A stretch of 64,000 nt of DNA from Oligoflexia bacterium (GTDB lineage Bacteria; Bdellovibrionota; UBA1018), in contig CAVWVI010000004.1 of the NCBI GenBank assembly GCA_963758495.1, positions 992,001 to 1,056,000 on the forward strand, given 5' to 3'. The position numbers were made by a program, and so were the translations under genes. This document shows positions 29,314-39,432 of the stretch, piece by piece (positions within the stretch are counted from its first letter, which is position 1; every line of letters begins with the position of its first letter). The notes under the pieces were generated by a model, which worked only from the letters and a program-made list of their open reading frames with translations, was not told the DNA's origin and did not search any database.

Positions 29314-31172
29314 TAGCTACTCAATCCGGCTTCTTTTGGATTTATAATTCTAGGAGTTACGAAAATGAAAAGCTCCGAGCGAGTTTGATCTGCAGAATCA
29401 TTTCCAAAAAGTGCACCAATAATAGGAAGGTGACGAAGAATGGGAAATCCAGAGGAACTATGATCTGTTTGCAAAGTATAGATTCCACCTATAACTAAAG
29501 TAGAGCCACTCTCCACTAGAACGGTCGTGGTCAAGTTTCGATTTCCAATTCCATTATTACCCCCTCCGAGTGCTTCAGGTATGTCTTTGGAGACATTTAA
29601 ATCCAACAATACACTTCCATCATTCGTTACGGTCGGTGTTACAGCTAAACTAATATTCGCCTGCTGTACGACTTGGGCAAGAGACGTGCCCACTCCAGCT
29701 ACAGTAGTCGTTGAGGGCACTAATACAGGAGTTCCTTCTACAATGGTGGCTTTCGATTTATTTAATACCACGGTTTTGGGAGATGAAACCACTTTTACTG
29801 AACTATCGCTTTCCCCCCAGCTCAAGACTGCATTCAATTTACTCACACCCGGTAGAAAACTCATGTCTGGAGAAATTCCAAACGTACCCACAGGAGTCCC
29901 TCCTGTAGGACTACTCAGACCAGATACTGCTGCGCCATTTGCAAAAACTCCCGGGGATCCAACCAGAGGATCGAGTGGATTGCCGCCAGCAAAGCTTGAA
30001 AGAAATTGATTTGAGCTGTTTGTTGTACTCAAGCCCAGACTCCCTCCTAATGATTTTGTAAATCCTTCCGTCGCTTCTACCACTTTTGCTTCAATCATCA
30101 CTTGAGGTGTTTGCGTATCCAAGATCTCAATCAACTTTTTCATTTTTTCTATATTGGTAATGGTATCACGGATCACTAGGCTATTCGTTCGATTATCGGC
30201 CTGAACAATCGAGGAAGTTCCTGAGGAGTCACCTCCTTTGGATGCCGCACCCTCCGATGCAAATCGGGTTAACATCGCTTGAAGATCAGCCAGCACGGCG
30301 TAGCTGATGGGAAAAACACGAGTGACTCGAGGGGCACTTGCCTCGAACGCTTGTTTTGCATTCAATTCCTCTTGTTTTTCTGCTGTCAAATTTTTCAAAG
30401 TCCCCACTCTGAGAATATTATTATTCCGCTCCGCACCTAAGTGAAGAGTGGTCAGTACGACATCAAGAGCTTGATCCCAAGGAACATCGACCAACGAAAG
30501 TGTCACCCTTCCTTTGACGTCATCACCCACAATCAAATTAAATCCGCTCGCTTCCCCTATCAATCTCAATACGTCCCCGACGTCTACATCTCGCACTTGA
30601 AGAGTGATAGGCTTTCCAGAAAATTTTTGAGCAGATTTACTTTCTACAAACTCCTCGAGATTTGTTTTTTCTGGAGCGGAGGCTGATGAAATGGAAGTAT
30701 CCACTGCTGCTTTATCCACTGCAGCTTTATCTGGTTCAGTTTTATCGGGGTTCTTATTTGGCTTTATATTTGAGTTTTTATTTGGGATTTTCACTTTTAA
30801 CGTATTCCCATCCTGAACCACATCTACAGAACCGGGCCCTCTCAACTGAATAATGACTCGAACTTGATCCGGGCTCCCTACCACTTGGTAAGGGCTGATC
30901 AAACTGACATTACTGTTAAATGAGGACGTGTCAATTTTTTGAGAATTGTATTTGGAGATCTTTGCACCATTGAGTTCAATCAGGATTTGATTATTCTGAA
31001 CATTCTCCTCTTTGACGTAAGTCACTGGACCATCCGTTTGAATGTCTACCTCATTCGGATCTGTAGTTCCCTTGAAATCAATCGCTGTTACTTGTGACGC
31101 CCCCCATGCAGATGAACTCGCTAGCACAGAGACAAAACTTAAATAGACGAAGCGCTGCATCCTGCAACTCAT
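29313..31172 (-). CDS. pilQ: Type IV pilus secretin PilQ
   Basis: Signal peptide, AMIN-like domain, VPWDQALD, QVMIEAKVVE, ELFIFVTPRI; AAGGAGG RBS before ATG 31172. Confidence 0.95.
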   Translation of the reverse strand: MSCRMQRFVYLSFVSVLASSSAWGASQVTAIDFKGTTDPNEVDIQTDGPVTYVKEENVQNNQILIELNGAKISKYNSQKIDTSSFNSNVSLISPYQVVGSPDQVRVIIQLRGPGSVDVVQDGNTLKVKIPNKNSNIKPNKNPDKTEPDKAAVDKAAVDTSISSASAPEKTNLEEFVESKSAQKFSGKPITLQVRDVDVGDVLRLIGEASGFNLIVGDDVKGRVTLSLVDVPWDQALDVVLTTLHLGAERNNNILRVGTLKNLTAEKQEELNAKQAFEASAPRVTRVFPISYAVLADLQAMLTRFASEGAASKGGDSSGTSSIVQADNRTNSLVIRDTITNIEKMKKLIEILDTQTPQVMIEAKVVEATEGFTKSLGGSLGLSTTNSSNQFLSSFAGGNPLDPLVGSPGVFANGAAVSGLSSPTGGTPVGTFGISPDMSFLPGVSKLNAVLSWGESDSSVKVVSSPKTVVLNKSKATIVEGTPVLVPSTTTVAGVGTSLAQVVQQANISLAVTPTVTNDGSVLLDLNVSKDIPEALGGGNNGIGNRNLTTTVLVESGSTLVIGGIYTLQTDHSSSGFPILRHLPIIGALFGNDSADQTRSELFIFVTPRIINPKEAGLSS

Positions 31173-31182
31173 CTCAACCTCC

Positions 31183-31690
31183 TTATTTCGGTCCAACAGA
31201 CAAACTCTCTGGCGTGCTCGTTTGAGTAGCATCTTGGGTCTTATTTTCCGTAGGAAGCTGTAATAAACTGTCTACAGCCTCCTCGCTTCCCAAAACATTC
31301 ATGACCTTTTCCCTCACGTAAAGAGTATCTTGAGTAATTTTTCTTATAATGCCTCCTTTGAGGCCTATTTTTGCCTTTTCTACAGCAATATGGGTCTTGC
31401 CATCGGGAGATAAAACTAAAGCTCTTAAATGGTTTGGGCCGGTTAAAACTCCTATTAATTTATATTCACTTACCGAAAAGTGCTCTAGCTCTGTCTTAGG
31501 TGTTTTACTTTCTGAATGAATCTCCGGCATCACAAATGGATCGCGAAGTTTAGAAAATTCCTCTATTGCAGATTTAGCATCAAATCCATCCGGCGCACTG
31601 CCAGGAACAGAAACAGGAACAACACGGAATCGGGTCACCCGCGATCACAGCAGAGGAACTGGATAGCAGGAAAAGTATGAATCCAATCAT
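31183..31690 (-). CDS. pilP: Pilus assembly protein PilP (apparent +1 frameshift near 31625)
   Basis: RDPF and LIGVL...ALV.SPDG motifs; signal peptide MIGFILFLLSSSSAVIA starts at an ATG overlapping the pilO stop but is out of frame by one base. Confidence 0.8.
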
Positions 31691-32373
31691 GTCCCGCCCT
31701 TTGTTTGACTTTGAAGAGTATTATCGATTTTACTAGAGGACTTTTTCACTTCAGATGCGTTACTCAGACTATCTAGACTATCCGCTTTTGTCCCCAAATA
31801 TTTATAAGTTTTTAGTTCAATCGTCCCTTCCAATTCAACAAAACGGGCCGTTTTTGGCCCTCTAGGTTTCATGCTAAATTTATCTGTACGAATAATTTCT
31901 GAAACTTTGGAAATACGATCTAAAAACATAATAAATTGAACAAAAAGCCCTCGAAAAGACATTTCAAATGTCTTTTCAGCATAATATTCTTTTTCCTTTC
32001 CGCCTGTCGGTTTTAAACTGACAATATTTAATCCTACTTTGTTTGCTTCAGTAATGGTCATTTTCATGAAAGCAGGAACATCTAATCTCTCGGAAAGTGT
32101 TTCTTTCATACCCTGAAGATCTGTAGCTAAGCCACGCAGCTCATTTTTTTTCGTCTCGAGTGATTTCACAAAAGCTATAGATTCTTTCAGCTTTGCCTCT
32201 ACCTTTTTTTTAGCCTCTTTTGCTGCAGCAATGTCCTTCTTTTTCATGATCAGAGGGGAATCATCATCGGTGATGAAGCTATGAAAATTAAGCCCCTGCA
32301 TTACCAAGTAAACAAAAAGAATGGCCATTATCGGAATCTTATTGATAATCTCCTTTATTCTGTCAATATTCAC
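31687..32373 (-). CDS. pilO: Type IV pilus protein PilO
   Basis: TM helix, coiled coil, YYAE..F...G.F..F..FL motif; position in pilMNOPQ. Confidence 0.85.
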   Translation of the reverse strand: MNIDRIKEIINKIPIMAILFVYLVMQGLNFHSFITDDDSPLIMKKKDIAAAKEAKKKVEAKLKESIAFVKSLETKKNELRGLATDLQGMKETLSERLDVPAFMKMTITEANKVGLNIVSLKPTGGKEKEYYAEKTFEMSFRGLFVQFIMFLDRISKVSEIIRTDKFSMKPRGPKTARFVELEGTIELKTYKYLGTKADSLDSLSNASEVKKSSSKIDNTLQSQTKGGT

Positions 32374-32379
32374 GCCATT

Positions 32380-33000
32380 TCATCTCCGCTTTGCACTGAG
32401 TTCAAAGTCCACAGCCTCTGCACCCATTTCACTCGCTGTTTGCTTAGTATCCACTAAGTCCACACTCATAAAAAATTCATTGTCCCGTAGATTTTTCATA
32501 AAATCAGAAATTTGACTGAACCCGAGAGAACTCCCCTTGAATGAAATACTGGTACTGTCTAACTTAAACTCAGAGAGCCAAACCTCTTTAGGTATAGCAG
32601 AAGAAACAGAGCGCCCTAATTGAAGAGGCTCTGCTCGATTTAAAATTAATTTTTGAATAATTTCTAATTTAGTTTTAATCGTAACTTCGTCTTCATCCAT
32701 TGTTTTTTTCACAGAATCGTAACGTTTATATTGAGTGAGTTCGGTCTGAAGCTTTGCCGTCTCGCTGCTGAGTTTACTCAAAAATACATCCAGCTTATGC
32801 AATTCTTCTTCTTTATAGTTATTTAATAATCCGTTTGCGACTAAAGCCACCACCACCGGTAGCCCAATTTTCCGTAATGGAAACTCTTTGAGCTGGTCGA
32901 GATTGATTCCTTTTAAAAGTGAGCCACTTGTAGCGGCTCCCCCTTTCGCGCCACTCGAAAGGCCGGATTGTTTCAAGGTAGCAAGATTAATCTTAATCAC
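32380..33000 (-). CDS. pilN: Type IV pilus protein PilN
   Basis: MIKINL N-terminus, TM helix, IP.EVWL, ISDFM.NL. Confidence 0.9.
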   Translation of the reverse strand: MIKINLATLKQSGLSSGAKGGAATSGSLLKGINLDQLKEFPLRKIGLPVVVALVANGLLNNYKEEELHKLDVFLSKLSSETAKLQTELTQYKRYDSVKKTMDEDEVTIKTKLEIIQKLILNRAEPLQLGRSVSSAIPKEVWLSEFKLDSTSISFKGSSLGFSQISDFMKNLRDNEFFMSVDLVDTKQTASEMGAEAVDFELSAKRR

Positions 33001-34106
33001 TTTGCACCGGCCCTTAACGCAAGTCCGATAGGAATGCCTGCAATAGGTGCAATATTTGTAAGGTATTCTTGAGTAAAAACAGCAGGGTCATAAGAAATAG
33101 AATTAAAGGGATTGATCAATTGAGTGGGTAATCCAATACTATCTTCGATAATCTTGGACAGTCCGGGTATTCGAGAACTCCCCCCACTGAGCAGAACATA
33201 TGCCACCGGTGCCCCGGTAGATGAGGCATTGTAAAAATCTAACGCTCTCTTAATTTCCGTGGCAAAATTCTCAGCCATAGTCATCATAAGATCGCTTACT
33301 TCTTGGGGCGTCGTTCCCCCAGGACCTCCATCTACTTTGAGAATCTCTGCATCGATAAAAGATAGATTCAAATTTTTCTGAATTTCAGAAGTAAGATTGT
33401 GGCCTCCAATTGCAGAGTCCTTTGTATAGACAGGAATTCCTGCATGAAGCACCATCAACTTCAAAGCACTTGCTCCAATATCAATAATGGCGACTGCTTC
33501 TGCGGGATTCATAGGGTAGTTGGCTTCAAAAAGATTTTGGAGCGCGAAAAAATCGACATCAATAATCTTTGCTTTCAAGTCCGAGTCTTGAATACATTTT
33601 ATATAAGTTTCAAGAACCGTTTTTTTTACCGCGACTAAAAGTACGTCAGTTTTATGGTCTTTTGAACGAGAAAGTACCTGATAGTCCATAACCACTTCTG
33701 AAACATCAAACGGAAGATACTGCTCTGCCTCCCAAAAAACTTGATCTTGTAAATCGCGCATATTCGGTACTTCAAGTGTCATGCGCTTGATAATTACCGA
33801 AGTCCCGGATAATGAAGCACAAACCGCCTTATTCTGAAGCTTAATTTGATCAACAAGAGTTTTTATGTTTTCTGTAACCGCAATCGGATTCACAATTTCT
33901 CTATTAACCACAACGTCTTCGGGTAGTTGGATAATACCAAAATGTAAAAGTTTCCACATTTTTCCAACTTTTTTTAATTCTACAAGTTTAATCGAGGACG
34001 TACCAATGCTCAAACCTACGGCAGTTTGAGACCCACCCCCGGAAAATAGTAGATCCGAAATTTTTGAAATAATTGGAGTTAATTTACTGAGTAGTGACCC
34101 TGCCAT
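32997..34106 (-). CDS. pilM: Type IV pilus actin-like protein PilM
   Basis: GL.IGTSSIKLVEL, EAEQYLPF, IDIGA, LSGG, IGLALR. Confidence 0.95.
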   Translation of the reverse strand: MAGSLLSKLTPIISKISDLLFSGGGSQTAVGLSIGTSSIKLVELKKVGKMWKLLHFGIIQLPEDVVVNREIVNPIAVTENIKTLVDQIKLQNKAVCASLSGTSVIIKRMTLEVPNMRDLQDQVFWEAEQYLPFDVSEVVMDYQVLSRSKDHKTDVLLVAVKKTVLETYIKCIQDSDLKAKIIDVDFFALQNLFEANYPMNPAEAVAIIDIGASALKLMVLHAGIPVYTKDSAIGGHNLTSEIQKNLNLSFIDAEILKVDGGPGGTTPQEVSDLMMTMAENFATEIKRALDFYNASSTGAPVAYVLLSGGSSRIPGLSKIIEDSIGLPTQLINPFNSISYDPAVFTQEYLTNIAPIAGIPIGLALRAGAK

Positions 34107-34150
34107 CAAATTATATTTTATATTTCTATTAGAGAATGTTCAACTAGTAC

Positions 34151-34762
34151 TTAGTCGAAGGAACTTTCTGCCGAGGGCCCTGTGAGGAGCAAAACTGTGA
34201 GTCGATCTAATCGTTTTTCTGTCAAATCATTGGCAGGAATGATTCCAAATCCATTTACGGTATTTCCTCTTAATGCGGAAGCACTTCCCGTGAGATAATC
34301 ATAACAAAACTCGCTTACCAAACCTGGCACGCCTAATTCAACTCCTCGTCCGGAAGATACCCATAAATAGTCATCACGAAGGGATTCCTTCACTAAAGAT
34401 CCCATTCGAACAAGAGTTCCCTTAGACGCAGAACACTCTGGAAGACGCTCCACTATAAAATCTAGTTTTCCATCGGTTGTAAATCGGAGACGATAAGCAG
34501 CCCTATCAATACTGGCTTCTCGTTTAATACGATTCATTTCTTGTGCAAGATTTCTTGAAATTCTTCGCGTCATCCACTTGGGCCAACGCTCAGACACGAG
34601 AGGAATGGAAGAAAGGACAATAAAAACTACGATTGTCGCCAAAATCCAAAGCTGCCTTTTACGCTTAAAACGTGACTCTACCTTTTCCCACAGCTCGTAA
34701 TTCTGCCACTCGGATTGAGACCATCGCTCTTCTGCTACGTCGGTATCATGAATTGGAACCAT
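34151..34762 (-). CDS. Hypothetical single-TM protein (possibly FimT/GspH-like)
   Basis: One hydrophobic helix, then LAQEMNRIKREA; overlaps the pilD end; no canonical prepilin cleavage site. Confidence 0.5.
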   Translation of the reverse strand: MVPIHDTDVAEERWSQSEWQNYELWEKVESRFKRKRQLWILATIVVFIVLSSIPLVSERWPKWMTRRISRNLAQEMNRIKREASIDRAAYRLRFTTDGKLDFIVERLPECSASKGTLVRMGSLVKESLRDDYLWVSSGRGVELGVPGLVSEFCYDYLTGSASALRGNTVNGFGIIPANDLTEKRLDRLTVLLLTGPSAESSFD

Positions 34763-35523
34763 AATATATCACCCAAAAGATAGTAATATAAAGCACCTAT
34801 AACAAGAAAGGGGCCATAGGGTAAAGAGAGTTTCATAATGTTCTTTTTGCCTCTCAACAGCGCCCAGCCAATCCCTATCGAACTCCCAAAAACTGAGCTA
34901 ATAAAGACCGTTGCAAAAATTCCTGCTGGACCTAAAAAAGCCCCGATCATTGCCAGTAACTTGATATCACCGCCCCCTAGCCCCGACCTCCCGCTCATTT
35001 TTTGATAAATCCATGCTAATGCATAAAAACTTGAAAATCCAATTATCGCACCTAGAAAACACCGTTTCCAACCCGCATCATCTAACAGAAAGCAAGTGAT
35101 TAACCCCAGAACAAGTCCTCCTAAACTCAACACATCAGGGATAATTCGATGCTCAAGATCAATAAAAGTAATCGCAATCAAAAGTGCAACAAAAGGCCAG
35201 TCTCTTATAATGAGAGTAGGAGTCCATCCAAAACGAAGCCGCACGGCAAAAAAAAGTAATCCAGTCAAAAGCTCGATCACTGGATATCGAATTGAAATTG
35301 CTTGTTTGCAAAAGCGGCATTTCCCCAATAAAAATAAATAACTCACTACCGGAATATTGTCCCACCAAGAAACTGCATGATTGCAATGAGGGCAATGACT
35401 CCCTGGCTTGATGATCGATTTGCCTAATGGAAGACGATAGACTAGGACATTCACAAAGCTACCCACTACAAGACCAGTAACAATACTGATACAATGAGTG
35501 AGCCAGATTGGCATATTCTCCAT
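34735..35523 (-). CDS. pilD: Prepilin peptidase PilD
   Basis: GSFVNVLVYRLP, SHCPHC, GKCRFC, DLEHRIIPD, GGGDIKL, PYGPFL. Confidence 0.96.
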   Translation of the reverse strand: MENMPIWLTHCISIVTGLVVGSFVNVLVYRLPLGKSIIKPGSHCPHCNHAVSWWDNIPVVSYLFLLGKCRFCKQAISIRYPVIELLTGLLFFAVRLRFGWTPTLIIRDWPFVALLIAITFIDLEHRIIPDVLSLGGLVLGLITCFLLDDAGWKRCFLGAIIGFSSFYALAWIYQKMSGRSGLGGGDIKLLAMIGAFLGPAGIFATVFISSVFGSSIGIGWALLRGKKNIMKLSLPYGPFLVIGALYYYLLGDILWFQFMIPT

Positions 35524-35527
35524 GCGT

Positions 35528-36355
35528 TCAAACCTCCCGACTCTGAATCAGAAACCCTGCAATGATTAAAAGCAGTGTTACCATAAAGAAGCCATATAGA
35601 ACACTGCAGCAGAACAAAGTCAAAGAGACAGGAAGACCGTAGGTAACCTTAAGCCCAAAATTAAAATACTCTAGATTAGGTAAAATCGTCGCAACGAATT
35701 CAAGTATCGCTCTTCGGGCAGGAGATTGTATACGAGCGGCAACTAATCTCACCTGCGAAATATTAGATCCAATGACGTAAAATCCGATTGAATAAATAGC
35801 TGCCAACGAGGTTGTTGAAAAAGTGGAAAATAATATGGCTAGACTCGAAATGAGTAAACTTTGTATCAGGACAAGAAAAATTCCAAAAAATAACGTACGA
35901 GACAGTAATTGCACCCCACCGTCTGTGCATCTCAAAATAATCAAATAGGAAATGGACAGTAAGAACCAATTCAAAAATAAAACGCTAGCAAGCCCTACGT
36001 ATTTTCCAAAAATAAATTGCGCTTTAGAAATAGGATGACAAAGCGCAACATAAACCGTGCGTCGATCAAATTCCTTCGCTAAAAGACTCGATCCGGTAAA
36101 AATCGCAATCATGGCACAAGAAAAGGTGACCGCGGATAATCCAAAATCTAGAATGACCCGCTCCGGTCGGATAAAGGTCAATCGTGAAGCAAGAAAACCT
36201 ACACCAAAGAGCAAAAAACAGCACATTAATATATTGTAAAGAATTTTATCTCGTATGATTTCCAAAAAGGTAACAGTCCCGACAGCCTTGGCGACATTGA
36301 ATGTTCCAGGTTTTTTACCAGGTTTTTCATCCGATTTTTTAAATGACTCTTTCAT
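35528..36355 (-). CDS. pilI: ABC transporter permease (PilI-like)
   Basis: Multi-TM; EIIRDKILY, KEFDRRT, GKYVG; downstream of the ABC ATPase as in myxobacterial pilGHI. Confidence 0.8.
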   Translation of the reverse strand: MKESFKKSDEKPGKKPGTFNVAKAVGTVTFLEIIRDKILYNILMCCFLLFGVGFLASRLTFIRPERVILDFGLSAVTFSCAMIAIFTGSSLLAKEFDRRTVYVALCHPISKAQFIFGKYVGLASVLFLNWFLLSISYLIILRCTDGGVQLLSRTLFFGIFLVLIQSLLISSLAILFSTFSTTSLAAIYSIGFYVIGSNISQVRLVAARIQSPARRAILEFVATILPNLEYFNFGLKVTYGLPVSLTLFCCSVLYGFFMVTLLLIIAGFLIQSREV

Positions 36356-37293
36356 TGCACTGAACCTCGTTCTTCGGACTGATCATCTCGTGCAAAGAGA
36401 TTTTCGAGCGAAGGCCGAATAGGAGAAACCGAGAGGATGTGAGCGGTCTCACTCAAAAGTTTCCTAAGGACTTGATCCACTTTTTCTTGACCTGCAACCA
36501 TCGCACGAATTTCGCCGCCAATTTCTTTGGCTGAACTGAATTCAGGCCAAGTGGATACATCTCCCATCTTTAAACCAGTGAAAGTGATTTCCACTTGTAA
36601 GCTCTCCTGTGTCAAAAACTGACCCATGGGTCCACACCCTAACAAATGACCTTTTTGGAGAAGAGCGACTTGATCACAAATCGCTTCGACGTCAGGAATC
36701 ACATGGGAACTAAAAAATACCGTTCGCCCTTCCGTTGATAGTTGAAGGATCAGCTCTCTCATCTCCTTTCTTCCTAACGGATCAAGACCACTCATCGGTT
36801 CATCTAAAACCAAGAACTCGGGATCATGAATCAAGGCTTGTGCAATTCCAATTCGCTGAAGCATTCCCTTAGAGTATCGTTTCAATTCAACATGTTGAGC
36901 ATGCTTCATCCCCACAGCAGAGAGCACCACTGGAATTCTAGATAAAATCGCAGCGCGACTCAAACCCGCCAACGCTCCGAAGTACTTCAACAGCCCGTCA
37001 CCTGTGAGATGCTCATGAAAATACGGGCGTTCAGGTAAATAACCCATCCTGGATTTTGCTTCGGCAGAACTCGCTTCATGTCCTAAAATTCGAACCTGAC
37101 CCCGAGAGGGTTTTCGTAGACCTGTAATCAAATGAATCAACGTCGTCTTGCCGGCGCCATTGGCTCCCAAAAATCCAAATATGGAACGCTCCGGTACCGT
37201 CAAACAAATGTCATGTAAGATTTGAACTCGGCGGAGCCAAAACCCTACCCGAAACGACTGATCCACCTCTGTCACTTCTAGAATTATGCTCAT
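36352..37293 (-). CDS. pilH: ABC transporter ATP-binding protein (PilH-like)
   Basis: GANGAGKTT, YSKGMLQR, LDEPMSGLDP, SSH. Confidence 0.85.
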   Translation of the reverse strand: MSIILEVTEVDQSFRVGFWLRRVQILHDICLTVPERSIFGFLGANGAGKTTLIHLITGLRKPSRGQVRILGHEASSAEAKSRMGYLPERPYFHEHLTGDGLLKYFGALAGLSRAAILSRIPVVLSAVGMKHAQHVELKRYSKGMLQRIGIAQALIHDPEFLVLDEPMSGLDPLGRKEMRELILQLSTEGRTVFFSSHVIPDVEAICDQVALLQKGHLLGCGPMGQFLTQESLQVEITFTGLKMGDVSTWPEFSSAKEIGGEIRAMVAGQEKVDQVLRKLLSETAHILSVSPIRPSLENLFARDDQSEERGSVQ

Positions 37294-37335
37294 TTTTTAT
37301 CATTTCAAATAATTAAGAACAGTTTCTCACTTTTT

Positions 37336-37396
37336 AAAACCGGTAGAAAAATCATACCAGCTTTGCCTAATACGGTATGATTTTTCTACCGGTTTT
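37336..37396. repeat. 23-bp perfect inverted repeat with 15-nt loop
   Basis: AAAACCGGTAGAAAAATCATACC (37336-37358) / GGTATGATTTTTCTACCGGTTTT (37374-37396). Confidence 0.85.
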
Positions 37397-37404
37397 GCTG
37401 CAAG

Positions 37405-37501
37405 ATAAGGGACACTCCTGTCCTTTATCTTGTCCTTATCTTCTTTTGTCGGTTTTTAAACCATTATAAGGGACATCTGTGTCTCTTATCCTGTCCCTTA
37501 T
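37405..37501. promoter_or_regulatory. Operator-like array of ATAAGGGACA-type motifs
   Basis: Six copies in two units offset by 61 nt (37405/37466 forward; 37419/37480 and 37431/37492 reverse, some degenerate). Confidence 0.55.
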
Positions 37502-37507
37502 TGGAAA

Positions 37508-37696
37508 CTATCCTTTTGCCTTGTAGCGAGCGCCTTTTTTATCTCCAGACATTATCACTAATTTCAATTTAACTAAGCTAGCAAGCCGCCTTTGCGCTGA
37601 CTTATCACTTAAAGCAAACTCTTCCTCCAGCTCTACTTTCTCAGTGGTCTCGGTTGACATCCTTCGCATCTGAACTTTCAAATCGCATTCATCCAA
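37508..37696 (-). pseudogene. C-terminal wHTH fragment of a truncated gene
   Basis: SDKSAQRRLASLVKLKLV..G.KKGARY resembles C-terminal wHTH tails; no credible start. Confidence 0.5.
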
Positions 37697-37997
37697 TATG
37701 AAATACAGCCCTTTTTTGTTCTAAATTTATCGAAAACCCACGCTGTTTGGTTATTCAGTTCATTCCCGATGAACGAGCTCGTACCCAATGGGAACCAATC
37801 GGACAAGGTATAGAAAGCGAAGTTCTAATCTCCTTCTTTTTCCTGGAAGATTTTTTGGCTCATATTTTTTTAGATTTTCGCATATTTCTCTCAAAATTAT
37901 ATCCTAGTCTCTTCTTACTGGCAGCATTTCGGCCTTGAATTTACCAAAAGAAGCAGAAACACTTGTCAATTAGTAACAGTTTTGTTACTAATTAAGA

Positions 37998-39147
37998 GTG
38001 AGCAAAGCCTACAAAAAACCCCTTCAAGTTTGGAGATCCGGTCGAGGGTGACTACTACTTCCCCAGACCCCATCTGTCTCAGACTGTCATGCAATTCCTC
38101 GATAATCGGGTTCACGTCGTTCTAATAGGCCCCCGCCGCTTTGGAAAAACTTCCTTCGTTCTGGACACACTCCGACAATTGGAAGCTCGCGGAAAAACGT
38201 GCGTCTTCGTCGATATCTTCAATGTCACGTCTCATCGGGATTTTCTTCAGCAACTCCTCCGAGCACTGCGATCAAAAGCAACCTGGAGTCGGCGATTGAA
38301 AAAATGGATGGAGTCGCTTCCCCGATTGCGCCCCAAGTTCTCTTGGGAAACCGATCCGAGCACAGGAGAGGCTACTTTCTGGGTGGCACCCGAAATGATC
38401 GAGCGTGATATCAAAGACCTGATCCAAGATACAATCATTGCCCTAGGGGAAGTTGGCGACGAAGTTGTTGTTGCGATCGATGAGTTCCAGACTATTGCTG
38501 AACTGGAAGACGACGGCTGGCTTGAAGCCACTTTGCGAACACTCATGCAACAACTCAAAAATACGGCGTTCTTTTTCACAGGCTCCAGACGTTCAGTGAT
38601 TAACGATATGCTCAATAACGCGTCTCGCCCGTTTTATCGCTCCTGCCAGCCTATCGAGTTTCCTGCGCTTGAAGACACGTTTTCAGATTGGATTATTGCC
38701 CGCTTCAAAAGCGTCGAAGTTACTTGTACAAAAGAAGTAGTCAACAGCTTGCGTAAGCTCGTTCAAGACACCCCGAATTATGTCCAGATGGCTTGCTTCC
38801 ATCTCGTAGCTGAGGGCGTAGACAAGGTGGATCAACCCAAGGTTCAGGAAGTATTGCGGACGATCGTCAAGCAAAATGCCTATTCCTATCAAACACTGTT
38901 GAATTCACTTCGCCCCCTGCAGCAGCGGGCTCTCCGGTTGGCAGCGGTAGAATCTGAAGGAATTTTTTCAAAAGAGCTTCTTGGAAAATATGAAATCCCT
39001 AGCGGACCTGCTCTTGCTTCGAGTATCAAGTCTCTCAGACAAAAACAGATTCTCGATGAAGGAACATCAAAAGGCAAAGTGGTCTTTGATGACCCGCTGT
39101 TCGCGATTTGGTTGAAAACAGAGTTTGCGAATTCGAGCAGTCCTTAA
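37998..39147 (+). CDS. Stand-alone AAA ATPase with C-terminal wHTH (apparent +1 frameshift near 38004)
   Basis: NPFKFG..V.GDYYF.R, GPRRFGKTS, AIDEFQ, FTGS, DPLF..WL; GTG 37998 is one base out of frame; 11-bp-arm palindrome 37968-37993 upstream. Confidence 0.8.
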
Positions 39148-39164
39148 AACTTGTCAAAAGATTC

Positions 39165-39417
39165 TCACAGAAATCTTTTGTAATTAATCTTGAGTGCTTC
39201 CCCGATTCGCATAGCGAGCTTTTTCCCAATCGAGCGCTCACCTTGTTCAATCTTTGAAACATCTCTCATCAAGCCCCCCCCAAGATCGTCTCAATAGCGT
39301 GAGCGGCCTCTTTCGGAACAAGATAAAGTTTTCGCTTCTTTCCTTCACTCACGTCAATCTTAATAAGGGTCTTCGCGACTTCCGACATATGTTACCTCCA
39401 AAATTCGGATTTCATCT
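39165..39417 (-). pseudogene. Decayed RelE-like toxin / XRE antitoxin module
   Basis: Toxin C-terminal remnant DEIRILEVTYVGSREDPY*; antitoxin start MSEVAK at 39388 joined out of frame across a G8 run to HTH tail DVSKIEQGERSIGKKLAMRIGEALKINYKRFL*. Confidence 0.65.
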
Positions 39418-39432
39418 AGCCTTAAACAAATA

